64,000 nucleotides of DNA from Raillietiella orientalis (taxonomy: Eukaryota): NCBI GenBank assembly GCA_036172245.1, contig JAYWIR010000035.1, forward strand, positions 1,364,001 through 1,428,000. The letters are read 5' to 3'. Positions 41,138 through 55,809 of the stretch are shown here, piece after piece. The translations under genes were made by a program, and so were the position numbers. Numbering within the stretch: position 1 is the first letter of the stretch; the number at the start of each line of letters is the position of its first letter. The notes under the pieces were generated by a model. That model had not been told where the DNA came from, did not search any database, and worked only from the letters and a program-made list of their open reading frames with translations.

Positions 41138-44100
41138 TGTTTACGTCAATATCAGCACAAATTCTTCCATGCTATAAACTTTTCATGTTTTTCAAGTCAA
41201 CGTATTGTGCTTAACTCTAGGTTATTAAAGTTTTAAATTTGCTTTCTTCTTTCATTTTCGATGAAAATTTCAATACGTGAAATTGTCAACTTCCAGCTCC
41301 TAATTAAAAGAATCTTCAATAAAATGACAAATGTTATATAACATTAGACAATTCATTCATTTGCATCAGTTTATGAATAACAGCACACACAAGTTTCTGA
41401 CTGATCCCAGCAAATTTATAAATAGCTATCATATACACTTTGCCATCATTACCACCTTAATAAGTAGTTACTGCTCACAACTGTTAATCTACTAACTCTG
41501 CTTTTTCATAAAACTATAATTATACTCAACTTCTGAAAATCAACCATTTCTAAAAAATTTACAAAAAACACATGCAGAGAGCCTTTAGACCATACAACAA
41601 ATGTGTTACTAATCCAACTTTTGAATATAAATTGGAAAATCGAAAACACTACTGGATACTGGATTAAAGATTAAAAATGTTAAAAGATATACAAATGATT
41701 TCTGAATGTTGTGTTTCATAACAGTGACTGCCCACCCACACATGAAGCTGAAAGACACTTCATTATGTATTATGAACTAACATTATACTTTAATGAACAA
41801 CATGAATGGATTTTAAATTATAATTTTCAAGATCTAAATCGAAATATATCCTGATTGACTAATATATTATGACATATAAATAAGTTTAACTGAAAATAAA
41901 AAAATTGCAGCTTTAACTGAAATTGCAAATAATTAATTCATTTGTTTTTAGCAACAGCATATCTATCGGTAAGAATAAAGGCAAAAAAAAGACTACAAAT
42001 AGCAATTTCTGAAAAATCATTTAAAAAAATTATTTAACTATCATTTTCGGGTCACTCAAAAAAACTGAATTGTATTGGCTTCCAAATCTTTCAAAAAAAT
42101 CAATAAGGTACAAGATGGCTAAAGTATTAACTAAAATGTGTTAGTGCTAAACAATGACTTTGGTCAGTAGAAAACCTAACATGAATTTTATGGACTAAGA
42201 CTTGTTTGACAACTCATTTTATTTATTCACATCCAGGTTTATGATGGCATCTGTTAAATTTAAATGCTAGATATCCACACAATTCTTTTTATTATGCAAT
42301 CTTTGTTAAATAGAACACCTGAAAAACTACTTCAAATTTCTTTTTACATTTAATTCTTTTATCTATATAGTTCGAACAAATACGAAACTTCTTCAACATT
42401 TCAGTGTAAACTGGAGCTTTGTACTCATATTTTGTTATTATACATAGAGATCAACTGCTGAATTTTAATTTCTTCAATTCGACTGGGATTTTAAAAAGTG
42501 CATTTTTTGAAGCCAATTAACAAAATCTTTCTTGTGTAATTGTGTTTATTCCTTTCCAAGAAATCTAAAATTCTGCATCATGAATAAAACACATATAAGT
42601 ACTGGTAAAAAAGTCAAAATTCTAACTTGACTGAAACTACAACCAATTAGTTCTTTATTTGACTTACTAAATCACTGAATTGGTGATTACTGAATACTTT
42701 CGAAATTTCAAAATTCTAACAAAACTATATTCGTGTACAAAACTCAGATTATAACAAAGAATTCCATGAATTATAATGAGCATTCTTCAAAACTGTTCAG
42801 CTGCAAGCATACTTACACTATCTTCGACTACTGTGGTATACTTCAAGTTAATGAATCCTACAGTCTTAATTCTTGAAAGAACAGAAACCATTCAGAAAAA
42901 TCATTTGAAAATGCAACTGCAACATGCACAGTCTTATCAGAATGAATGATGTCTCCTGATAAACCACCACCATTTACTTTTAGACTTTTTACAAAAAGCA
43001 CATTAAGAAATAGCACCATTTAATCACTCAGAAAACAACAAATCCAAAAATATCTTACGCTTTGCTCTAACTGAACAGCCAAACTCCGAAATTTCCAATT
43101 GGCAAACTTTCAAAAAGTTCCTACACAGCTAATACTGTTGACTTAAATTCTGTTGACACCTGTGCAAAAACTTACATTAACAGAAATTCAATCAAATAAC
43201 TGCAACAATCTATTATAAGGAATTCACAAGTATGTATGTAAAACCTTAATGCATCTATAAATAAGAGAATGCCAAAGCAACAATTGGATTACTTAGTTGA
43301 CAAATATCATCTTGCACTAATTTCAAATTTCAATCCCCATTTCCAATTCTTATCCCACTCCTGAAGATTAGCTAGAAATACTTATTTTTTAAAAATAAAA
43401 TCATTATGTAAACATTCTTTTGAGATATCTGTAATTTTATTTTAATATTGTTTGAAGATGTTTCTCATGATTTCAACTCGGAGTGATTTTTAGTCTATAG
43501 TTACACCATTTCTCTGTGGATAAATAACATGTTGAATGCTCAACTAACACCCACAATACTTTCACTATAAAAGTACAATGCAAAGTTGGTGAAAACACAT
43601 CATTCCCTTTAACATGGACTTGGTCTAAAAATCTGAATGTAATAGTGACCATGACCGGTGTTGCATAATCTTGTATTATAAATCTAATCTTTACTTTGAA
43701 AAAATGATGACAAAAATAATACACACACAACATGCTACAAATCAGAAATACAGAAACTAGACTTCTAAACTATTCTTTTAAAAACTAGTTTGGGCATATC
43801 AGTCTGCATATTTAGTACTGCCTTTTCTAATGCTACTGCTATCTTAACTATTGATAAAAGCAGTACCAGTAGTCAGAGAAAACAAACAATAATCTTACAT
43901 GAAAATACCTACAGAACCCCTCCAGCCCACTAAACACTGCAAGTGAACAAAAATCTTGGAAATGAAACTCAATACAATTTAACATAAAAGCTTGTTCTGA
44001 AGAAAAATTTCAAAGCACCTGTTTTTATACTGATGAATTAATTGCACAAGTACTCAAGATGTCATCACAAACACTGAAAATAATGTTTATTCTCGGTATT

Positions 44101-46165
44101 CATAATATTTACTCCAATTTTCACTAGTTCACGCACTAATTTACATAACACACCAATACGATATACAATATTCGAATACTTCGTTGTAAAATTAAGAATT
44201 GGATGGCACACACTTGCATGTTGTGATTCATAATTAAAAATTGACAATCATACAACAGATATATACTGTTGTGAAAAGAAATGCAAACTCAAAAAGTCTT
44301 CGCCACTTAATATACAGACTACAAACTTATGAACCTTAAAAGCATCTGATTAAAAGTGCATTAAATCCAATTGAGCAGCATGAATGCAATAGAGATTAAC
44401 AATATGAGGGCATTCATAAGAGACGAAACCAAAACCTCCCTCTGAAGTACATTTAATTTTACGGAGAGAAAATCGTACCTATTTACAGAACTAAAACAAC
44501 TCCATTGATAATATACAGCAAAACATACACAATAATCTCTCTTCGCACATTGCTATTACTTACCAACACGATTAGGATTCCACGAATTTAAGAAATACGT
44601 AAATATGAATATCAAATGATTCTGATTTAAAATGTAAAAATTGATATCGAAATTAAAAATTCTAAATAAACTACAAGTTATCATACATATCAGAACACCA
44701 GAAAATTAGCACAGGTTGGTACATTTTGGCTGCTGACGATTTTCGATTTTAAAAAATTGAATATAATATAAATGAACTGAAAGTAGAGAAGAATTTTGAT
44801 AAATCAATATGGTTGCGCATTAAACATATAATCCTTAAAAGAGCACTCAACCATATTTTTCAGAAGAAACGTTCTTAAAACTGTACATGTTTTGCTCCTA
44901 TTGGTCACAGTGGAGCAGGTAATTACAAATGCTACAAAATCCTATACGTGATACTTAAGATTACAAAAACATGCTATCAAACCTATGCAGTTATAATCTG
45001 CGCACTAAATACGCATGGCAATAAAATAAAGCATTGTGCTAGTTTCTTTGTATTATTTAGAAAACGCAGTGCAAAATCCTATTTTACTGAAACCGGAAAC
45101 CTTTTAAGCAAAATGGGAATACAAAAATGACTACGAAAAAGTATGAATATGCTTTCTCCTAAATAATAACTCAAATTGATACCTAAAAGCAATATTTCGA
45201 AAGCTCACAAAAACTCCCACTTGCATGAAGGTCCAAATTGCATTCATTTTTTTTTCCAGCTACAATCAGTAGCTGATTACAAGCACGAACGCATTGGTGT
45301 ATCTTTGTATTCAATACCTAATTATTTATTAAAAGTGAAGCAATTTCATACGATACTGCAATAGGATGCATACGTATTCCTGCAAATACAAATCATACTT
45401 TCCCAAACCGGTAGAAACGAAACCTAACTTACACAAAAACCTCAACGTTTTCCACGAAGACACCATTTGACATACTTAAAATTAGCAAGTGGTACCAACT
45501 TGAAAAACCATTTTAACTAAGAATTAGTTTCTATTTGTATTTTCACCTTACCAGACTGTGGTTGGTTAAACTAAAATGGATTTATAGCAAGTATTCATGA
45601 AACAGATAGTTGTGGTCATTTTGTTTGAATTTCTTTTTATTAATAAACTTGGACGACTGTTTTTGATTTGTATTAACTGCAAACAATGGGTTTTGTTCCA
45701 TACCAAACGGTACTTATTCGTACGAATTCTCCTTAATGACGATATCAAAGAAGGATATGGTATCAAATATCGCATTTTTCTTCTTGCGATTTACAATTAT
45801 AGCTTGCTCTTGGAGTGTCGTTCTCATTTTCCTTTTGCTAATTAATGAAATTATATTATAGGAGTGCTTTTGATCATTGAAGAATTCCTGAGTCGCAATT
45901 GAAGAGCGAAAATCTATCTCAAGGTTGTGAATTGAGTTACGATTATGTGATATATCCTTAATTTCAACAATTGTAGAATAATAAACTTTTGAAAACCATG
46001 AGCCTTTGCATGTTTGCATTCATCTAGTTCTGAAATAGGGCGTGATCGTTAAAGTTCTGATATTCCTGAAATTTGAGAATCAATTCAATAAGGTAAAAGG
46101 AGTGAACTGCGTTTTCCTATGAGTACAAATGTTCATTGCCGACTGATGTAGTCCATTTGAATTTT

Positions 46166-46201
46166 AATAACTTTATTTCTAGCTCCAGAAATAAAGTTAT
46201 T
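46166..46201. repeat. Perfect 15-bp inverted repeat with 6-nt spacer
   Basis: aataactttatttct-agctcc-agaaataaagttatt. Confidence 0.85.
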
Positions 46202-47755
46202 GAAAAAGGAAAAAGTAGTTTCGTCGCAACAGGAAACTGTAACTAGTCCAAGCCAGAGCAAAGTGGTACATTTTTAGTTTTCCATGATATGAATGTTGAC
46301 ATTAATCAAAGTAAAATGCACATTCCATTTAATGGAATTGGGATTTTAGTCGTATTTTGCTCGTATTGATTACAAAATTTACAATGCGCGCATAGTGCTG
46401 ACTACGCCACATGATGTGCATAGATTCACATGCTATTTTGAATTAGCTTGTAATAAGATGTACTACCTATATCTTTTTATTCGAAATAGCCCTTCACGTA
46501 CAAAGAAGGATGTATTCAATTTTTTAAACCCTTGCATTAAATCTTCGTACAAACGTTAATGAGTTGAAGTGAAGTGTTTTCTGTGCGTTTCAAGTTTTTA
46601 TACGCATTGATGAGATCCAAATTCTGTTTTTTACTTTTTTAGTTTTTAAAAATTGCGATGCAAAAGATGTTTTTTTGTTTTTTTTTAAAGATGAAAGACA
46701 ACATAATTGACAGATTTCAGGAAAACTCTACGTAAATGAATTAGCAATGCCGCTTTTCTCAACAAGATCGATAGGATTCTGCAGTCAGGTGAAGAAATCG
46801 CTAGAACTGGAAGTTGAGTAAATGGATTCTTTTCTCATGGAGCATTATAACGAAATTCTGAATTTATAGTAGGAAATTGCACTTGAGTTCTACGTTTGGC
46901 TCTCTCTCTCTCTTTTAATTTCCAGCTTTTTTAATTACTGCTTTATGGAAACAAAACTTGCAAAACGAATTTTACCCTGCAGGCATGATTGTTTTCTTTT
47001 TTTCTTTTTATTTTTTTAAAGCTGTCTCCCATGTTTGCTTTGCTGACTTGCAAACTGAAACGATTGAAAAAGCGCAGAAACACGAAAAATTTGTGTGCGC
47101 CCGTCTCGGCAGAAGAAACATTACTGTCAACGAGAAAGAAAACAATAATGCGAAACTTCCGCCTCGATCGGGCGCCGGAAGGTTTCCGACGTGCCAAGTA
47201 GGCGTGCTATTGCGCGCTTCCAGTTCCCCCGAGAAGCACACCGGTGACTTGGTTGCAATGGGATCCACATAAAACTAAGACAAAAAAAGTTAGCGTCGGG
47301 GCATGATTTGAAACCAAGTGTGATACTCATGAGGCGATCGTAAGACGTTACTTTGGGCAATTCCTTTTGGTAAGTGAAATGTATATTTTCCATATTTTGT
47401 CAAAAATTATGGTAACTGATGAAACTATTATGGAGTATTTGCTACTGCTGAAATATAATGAACAAATCTATGAAACTGATTTTTTTTAAATTCATTTTCA
47501 CTGTTGTAGTAAGCCATATATGAGATACTTAATTGAAATATTTTTCAGATTTGCATCTGAACTGTTGCCTGAACTGTTGACAGATTCGGTAAAAAAACGA
47601 TTTAAGGATCAAATCACTGAATTTCTAATCACCAGCAATCTGTTAATAAACCAGTAAACATAGATGATGCACTAAAAAAATAAATATGATATTTATAATG
47701 ATTAAATAATTGTTTGTTGGTCTAATTATAAAACCATTAAATTGCCATATTTGAG

Positions 47756-50700
47756 TCATGTGACGCTTACATCACTAGATGAACTACTGTTCTTAGTGAA
47801 ACTGCATTGGGAGGGTCCTGGAACAATGCTGAACACAAACTGGTAACATCCACATTGGATGTGTGATCCATGCATGAGAATTGCAGATCCTTGCCAACCA
47901 GCAGCTACATGAGCATGTTCTTTAATGCATGGGCAGTGTGAAACATCATCAGAGAAAGTTTCAGGGACAGCACTGTTCAGCACAGCTGTTCCCTGCTTCA
48001 TTGATGAGAGTCCCTCAGTAATATCACCACAAGCATACAGAATACTGTCAACTTTTGTTCCATATTTGCTATAATTTAGTAGTTCATATTGCTGACTTAA
48101 CTGTTTACAGAATTAATTATGTTCTACTGCAAAGAACTTACCATATCAAAAAAAATAACAGCATGCTTAGAGGAAACATGTTTACATGTTAAATGCCTAA
48201 ACTGGACATCACTGCTTATAGCTACAGGGTGAGCTGAGAGAGCTTTGTATGACAAACATCCCAATACTAACCTGTGCCTAAAGTGAGTTTATGACCATAC
48301 ATTGGAATAGGCACCAGTTCTGATCCAGGTTGTAATGGACAGATGAAAGCTTTGGCTGAACCAACATTTTGCATTGGTGACATATGAATTGGTGGAGGTG
48401 GTGTTAAGAGCTGCTCAAGGCGTTCTGCAGCTAACTGATACAACATTTGCTGACTTAACTGGCAGAGATGTACTCCTAATTACATCGGTTATTAAGAGAA
48501 TACTGACAAATACATTACCAAAAACTGTATTTTTCCTGGTCAAAGGAGCATTTGAACTTGTTAAATTAGAACTCTCTGATTTACTGAAATGAAAATTCAA
48601 AACATTATGTGTCCCAGACTTCGAGGGCATATTGGTACAAGCAAAGCAAATTCTTGTAATTAACACTTATAACACATTTAGGTTTTGTAGCTTCATTCAG
48701 TTTTCTCAATTTTACAACCATGAAGTGCTAATTTCTCTTTTTTTGTGATCACATTTATTTACTTCAAGTTATACGAACTCAATCACGTGTAATGCATTGA
48801 AACTAGTGCCATCAATTGGAAAAATGATGAGCCAACAAAAAGCAAGCCTCATTCACAAAAAGCAAGAAAAAAATGCATAAAGATGTGAAAGGCAAACTGA
48901 ACTAATAGGGCAATATACTAAAAGAACAGTGCAGACAAACACACTAATAGACAGGCTGCTTTACTGATGAAACAGACCCACTAAATTCATAGTGAATAAG
49001 TGTTTGTAAAGCAGGAAAATTTAGTCACTGGAACACAATAACATGAAAATTATTATAGGAAATAAAAATGAAAAATTATCGAGAAATGGGTCTACCTATT
49101 ATCAGCAATGAGCAATTCAGACTGTGTAGCCTTGTTCTCTAGCACCTGCTCATTCAAAAGCTTTGTTACATGAATATTAAGATTGCTGTCTTTAACAATA
49201 CCATTGACCAAAGAATTTTCTTGACAATTCTGTGAAATGGATTCATTCTGATTTGATTTCTCTAGGACCTCTTCCTAACTTCCCCATTTCAAAATATGCA
49301 TATCTAGATATTGTGACTCACAGATAACTTAACATCCAAGTCAACAGAATTATCTATTACTTCAACATCTGAGTGTTCCCAAGAACCCTTTGGCACAATA
49401 CTGGATACATGTTTCTGCTGATTATTCTGATAACCAGCATGCAACAATAAGATACTGTCCAACCACTGTAAAACAGGATAAACATAAACACCGCACAATG
49501 TTCAGTTACCTTCATCCGTTCTTCTGAGCTAATCTGCTTAGCAGGAAGAGAAATTCCTGGTATCCAAGGAGGCCATAAAGGTGGTGGGTTTTTATACTGC
49601 TCTTTGATACAATCAGGTACTTTGATCCTTTTTCTAGGAATTAATCTCTCTTTACAACGAAATGGAGGATTTTTTCTATGGATTTTTCTCATAAAGTCCA
49701 GCTTGACTAGGGTAGGATCAATGGGACCAGCATAACGATTCCATAACTGTACTCGTTCAGTTAAAGACAAAGAAGTGAGCATATTTTGATCAATAAATTG
49801 CTCCACATGATTAGGACACATCCATACTTCCTGTGGAAGTGAAGATAATGGGGGATCCAAACAATCTAAATGGAACACAAGGGGACAATAATCACATGCT
49901 ACCAATGGTACATGTTGATGGGACTGGTGACAAATATAACAAGAGCGAATGGGAAGTGCTGCTCTACAAACATCCCAGTCCAAAGCAGTTTTACGATAAC
50001 CATGAAGCTTTTGATAGCGACACATTTTATCCATTCCTATGATCAAGGTATTAAATATTTGCTTTCACTTGACTTACCAGGCAAAAGAAGAGGCTCTGTT
50101 ACATAATCAGCTGGAAGAGCAAATATGCATGGATTCAAAGTTGCAGCTATTGCAATATTTGCTTTCAGAAATTGCTGCAGTGTGCTACAACTGTTTTGAT
50201 TGGAGAATGAAAGGACCCTTTCTTTTTCTTGAGACATAGATAATTGTGATGATGTAAGATCCACATCTTTGTTATTTGAATGAAGGTTATCTGTAACTGA
50301 TGTGGATTGGGTTTCAGACTGTTTTGAGTTCGCAGTCTATCCAAAAAATAAAAGCACATAAATTAAGGTATTTTGTTTTTTTTAGAGTTCACAAAATCAC
50401 ATGAATTATCTTCAAATTTTAATATATGTAAAATACTTCAAGTCTTGTATGCACTAATAATCAATAAAAACAATAACATTCATGAATAATTTTAAAAGAT
50501 AAACGTTAATTAGCTTTACAGATCACTACTGTATGTATCACTTCAATACCATATCAACATAAAGTATGAAAAGTATGAAAATTCGCTCATATTAATTGTG
50601 AGTAGAGCACATTATTTTTCATGAATGCAGGATTTCCTAAGACTAAGGCTGTTAAGACACAATTGTACAAAATTTTAAATGGGAATTTTGATTAATATTC

Positions 50701-51916
50701 AACCACATTATAACACAGATCCATCGAGAATAATTACTACGACTGCTGTATGTACCTGATAAATCACATGAAGGTTTGTTTGACCATTTTATACAGGAAA
50801 AATATGCAATTGATGTGAACAATCATTTTCTGTCGGATTTATTTTTATATTACGACTCAGGTTGATCAACTTTGAAAAATGTTTAAAGGTAACTATAAAA
50901 ATCCTGCTTTAAATCAAAAACAAAACTAACACAGCAAATACACACAAGTGAAATACGATCAATCCATATTTTCCCTATTGTAATTGTTGAACCAGATACT
51001 ACACCATTTTTTTTGCCATAGTGAAGATGCTGATGGAACAACTGACAGATGGAAAGTACAGTCAATATTCAAAATAAAAGAAATTCAAGAAAAATTTTTT
51101 TGTACCTTTGCTTGTACAGTACACATATGGCATCTCCATTTTCCTGTTGGAATTTCATCCGTAAAGAGTGGGGGATTGCTAATAAATGCAAATGCCAATC
51201 AATATTTACATTATATACATATACATTATATATATTTCTATGCATTTTTACAGTAAGCAAAATACTTTCAGCAAAAGAAAGAAGTACTAACTTTTTTATG
51301 GATCACACTAACTTTAAGTACATGATCCTGATTTTTTTTTAAAAAAAAAAACAACTAATTCCCATACATGAAATGAAATAGAGTAATATAAGCTCTGTAT
51401 TCATTTATGAATGGAAAAATTAACAATGATAAAAGTTCTTTTACTTGCACTGGAGATGGAATGAAGCAGGGCAATAATCACAGCACAGCAAATCACCACC
51501 TTCTTTGCAAGCATCACATGTATCATGATTATGGCCTTTTCCTGGTCTTTTGGAATATGGATGCAACGACTTGATAGAAACTCTTTTGAAAATGTCTTCC
51601 CCAGGAGGAGCAATTAATGCTTGAATTTGCTAAAACAATTGTAAATCCATTGAAAATGGAAATCAACATACAATTTGCACTTTATACTAGTTAAATATTT
51701 ATATAATTTAAAGAACAATATCAAAAGAAGGGAGAAACTAGAAGGCAAAGTGACAGTAAATACAATTATACATGTAACAGTGTTAACTACACATATACTC
51801 AAAGAATTTTTTTTAGTAGAGTTTTTGCAAATGAAAATTTGTTTTTTATTTTGATATCCTACTTGCATCAATCCTCCTGATGTATCAAGATCATAAGTTA
51901 CGTGGTTTTTAATCAT
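47756..51916 (-). CDS. PHF12: PHD finger protein 12 homolog (two PHD fingers plus C-terminal FHA domain; SIN3/HDAC complex subunit), 704 aa
   Basis: Exons 51916-51863, 51629-51445, 51178-51106, 50336-50078, 50036-49510, 49465-49322, 49274-49096, 48583-48519, 48475-48272, 48221-48142 and 48100-47756 join in frame (2115 nt). Motifs: [110 protein letters not shown]. Linker exon boundaries are less certain. Confidence 0.93.
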
Positions 51917-54900
51917 TGCTATTAAAAGAATCAGGTTTCCACGATCCGAATGAAATAAGCATTCAACATTCCGAGATCCCAATTACATAAATCAATCTTG
52001 AAAGCACGTGGTCTAATTTATCTGCAAAACATTATGCACAAATAAAGATCTCCTAAGAAATCTGAATCATAAACTATGACTTTAGAATAAATTACCTCCA
52101 AATCCGTTGAACCGTCATCAATAAAATAAACTACACCGTTTGCTTTCTTTCAAATCTGTACCTAGAAATATGCGATTACACACTTCAAACAATATTTCAA
52201 AATATTTCCATTATTTGACTTTCTTCTTTTCACTTGGATTTATATTTTTTATGGTGGCCAATTCTGTTGAAATTAAATAAAAACATTGTCAAAATTACTA
52301 AACAAATATTTGAAGCATTTGAAATTTCTCACCTTGTTGTTAAATCCTCTGCATTGTTAAAAGCATCACATTCAAAAACAGGATATGATTATTGTTTCTT
52401 TTTTTTTTTTTTTTTGGCAATACACGTTCGAAAAAATTCTTTTAATGACTTCACATTTTTATTCAACAGCTAAATTTCATTGGTGACCAAGATATCTTTC
52501 AAACAAATGTTCCAATATATTAAAATGAAATGCCACTTCACATTGATTTTCTAATATTTCCTATTTGAAAATGTAATTTTAACGAACATCAGCAGAAATT
52601 ATAAAACACTGAACTCAAAGATGCATAAACTTTAATCATTTAAAAACGAAATACAAACGTTCGAAGACAGCAGTTAATTTAATCTTAGCAATAGTTCATA
52701 CGCTTATCGAATGTAAAAAAAAAAAAATTCTCATAAATTTCACAGGATAAGCAAAAAGACGAGAAAAATAACTTTATTTGAAAACTAGAATGAACATCAA
52801 AAAGAAATAAGGATATATTCACATAGTTTGATGTCTAGTAATGAAGTTCTTTAAAGTCAAAGTAATAGGGCCATAAGAACTAAGTCGGCTTCAAATCGGA
52901 CTGGTAATGTAACCGAAGAGCATTCGAAAAGTTGAAGATTTGAATAAATTGATTCCAAAAAACATTTCAAAAAAGTGCAGAATACATAGCTTTATTAATG
53001 TGAAAAAATATGGAAATTTTTTCATACTCTTTTGAACAGGAAGCGCCGAGTTCCAAACGTGGGAAATAAAGTGAGTTTAATGATAAAAAGTACTTAATAT
53101 AATGCTATAAGTCAGCTTAGTACTCATTGCTTTTAGCAACTACTTAATCATACGTGTAAACTTATGACCAGCTATGCATTATTCACGGAATATAAGCATT
53201 TTGTTATTCTTCAGATGAAAACTTGAGAATTGCTCAAAAGAATTAAACACTTCTGGAAGTAGAGGAAAACAGTCCAGGTTGATGAAAACAAAACTGAATC
53301 CTGAGAACTATGACGTCAGTTTATGTCGAAACGAACTTGAAATGAATTGTTGAAGTAGAACGTAAATAAGAAAAAAAATTGGTTGAAACATATCTCAAAT
53401 TGATCATGCGATATTGTCTCCACGACTGTTTCATGATTAATAGCATAGGTATTTTTCAAATACTTTTATTAGAATTTAACATTTTTCCCGACCAAGATAT
53501 TCTGTTTGCAACAGAATGCAAATAACAGGAATCAGAGACCAGACACAGAACTATGAGCAAGCTATTAGTGCAGTTAAGTAATTGAAGCAGTATAATTAAT
53601 GCATTTTGTAATATAAGTCTGACATGAAATTGAGCTTTTGAAATTCAGCAGTGTGTATAAGAAACAGGCTAAAGGATGAAGGACCGCTCCGATTACTGTC
53701 AGTTACAAAAAGGTGAAGAACTGTTCCGAGAATGTCAAACTCCAAGCTATGAAGAAGAAAACTTCCAAATGAATGCTTCATTGTGGCATGCTTAAAAATG
53801 AAATTAATATGAAAAGACAATGCTACAGCATAGTTTTTTACTTAGAATAGAAATGTGTTCAATATCGAAAGAACAAAAATAGACACAGATTGCACTGTTG
53901 TGGACATGGACATGGGATATCAAATAATTAAGATGAGAAAAATGGGAAAATTTACGAAGAGAATTTAGATAGGGAAAAAATAAGAGAGTGTGGGAAGATT
54001 TTTGAAAAAAGGTAATATTCACAATCTAATGAAAAAAATTTTACAATGTCAGTGCAAAATTTTGTACTGTTTGTAGAAAAGAAATGAAGAATCCTTAGGT
54101 GTCATAGAGTACTATAAAAAAACCTTATACAGTGTCCAGACATGATTTCCTGGCTAACTGGAACAATTTTCGTCTTGAAAGTGGAATAGGTTTATAAAAA
54201 AGCTAAATCCTTCATTGAATACACATAGTTGCCTTCATTTCCCTCATTTTTAAGAGTGACGTAGAGAACACTGTACATCATTTGACATGAGTGTGATTTT
54301 GAGATGCATGTAAACTAGACTCTACTGGGTCAAATTCTGTTGGCTGCTATTAAGGATTAAGAAGAATATATGCTGGCAGAGCTATGATAGAGCTGATGTT
54401 GTCAGATGTCTCCCATCTTTTTATCTGGGAAAGGGAATGTTCCCCAAATGCTTCCAAAGTGTATACCACTTTAGGAAGACGTGAGCGGTATTTTCGCACA
54501 AAACGCTCAGAGCTCATATTATTGTTCGTGCGTGGGACAGTTCCAAATTAACTCTTTTCTATATTTTATGGTGTGAAAACTTTACGGAAACATAGTGTAC
54601 GCAGTAAACACTGACCGTTAGGTCCTTTATTGTCTAGTGACAATTCATACTCTCATTCGAAAAATTCAAAGACCAGTACTTTTGGATCAAATAATATGAG
54701 TCCATTCATTTTTCTGATCTAATGTCTTTCAATTTAGGTTTCCTTGTCGTGTAGCTGAAGAGACTACAATAATTGCTGAGCTGATAAGCGGAATCAAAGG
54801 AGCTGATACTACAAATAGCAATTTATTTGAGTAGAATGTAAGTATTTTGACACACCTTTATTATTACAAATTCACTGAATGAGTTTGTCATTATAAACCG

Positions 54901-55809
54901 CTGAAATGGTGAGTAGCTTGCATGTAATTTTGAATAAAACTGCACTTAGGATAATGGCTGAGGACTGTCTTGAGGTTATCATGTAAACCTTATTTCCAGA
55001 TTTCTAATCTCAAATCTTTCTAATCTCGAAAGTTCATACGAGCATAAGATTATGCTCGTATGAACTTTCGAGCACTCGAGGAATATTTAAAGTTTGTATT
55101 GTTAGTTATGTAATATTTTCTAAATATATAGTTATTTGGATTTTAATTAATTTCTGGAATATTAGCTGTAAGTAAAGGATTTTAAAAACATCAAATGCTG
55201 CCTGAAATTTAGATAAAAATAAAAAATGAAATTTCTTTTAGTCAAGATTAATTTAAATTATCTTGCTTTCAACGAATATAGCGCCGACTTCATAAAGTGA
55301 TGAAGAATAAGCTAATAATTATAAATGCAAATCAGAAATGTTTTTACTTTAAGGTTGTTTACTAAAATCTTAAATGATAAAGAAATGTTGGATAGCATTA
55401 TCTTTGCAATATATTAGAGAGGTAAACTAATTTTGCAACTGACCGTTGGTCTGATGTGCCTTGCATTGGTAGTGAATACGATTTGTTTTATTCTTGATAT
55501 GAAACGCTAATATTTTAGTAGGTATAAATATCCTTAATTTAAAAAATTTTTAATCACTAATTTAAGGATGTTTTGTTAGGAAGTGACTTCTGTACTTTTC
55601 GTTTTCATCGATCGTTTGTATCCGCGTAATCGATTAGTGTGAAGTTGAGAAATGGAGGTTGTGAGAAACGTTCGATGTGTGGATTTGGCTTAAACGCCGC
55701 AACATACTTTCGAAAAAAAATGTTTGAAAGTATTTTCTCCTGATGTTTCGATTATGTATATGGTTTATCTGTGATTTATTTCGGATGAGAAATAAGGGCA
55801 GACTTTAAA
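51917..55809. promoter_or_regulatory. Divergent upstream region of PHF12 and FLOT2 (promoters and probable non-coding 5' exons)
   Basis: Head-to-head start codons 3.9 kb apart; CpGs reappear here relative to gene bodies; isolated splice-like sites (e.g. + strand ag|54738-54837|gtaagt). Confidence 0.5.
55025..55072. repeat. Perfect 23-bp inverted repeat with 2-nt spacer
   Basis: ctcgaaagttcatacgagcataa-ga-ttatgctcgtatgaactttcgag. Confidence 0.95.
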
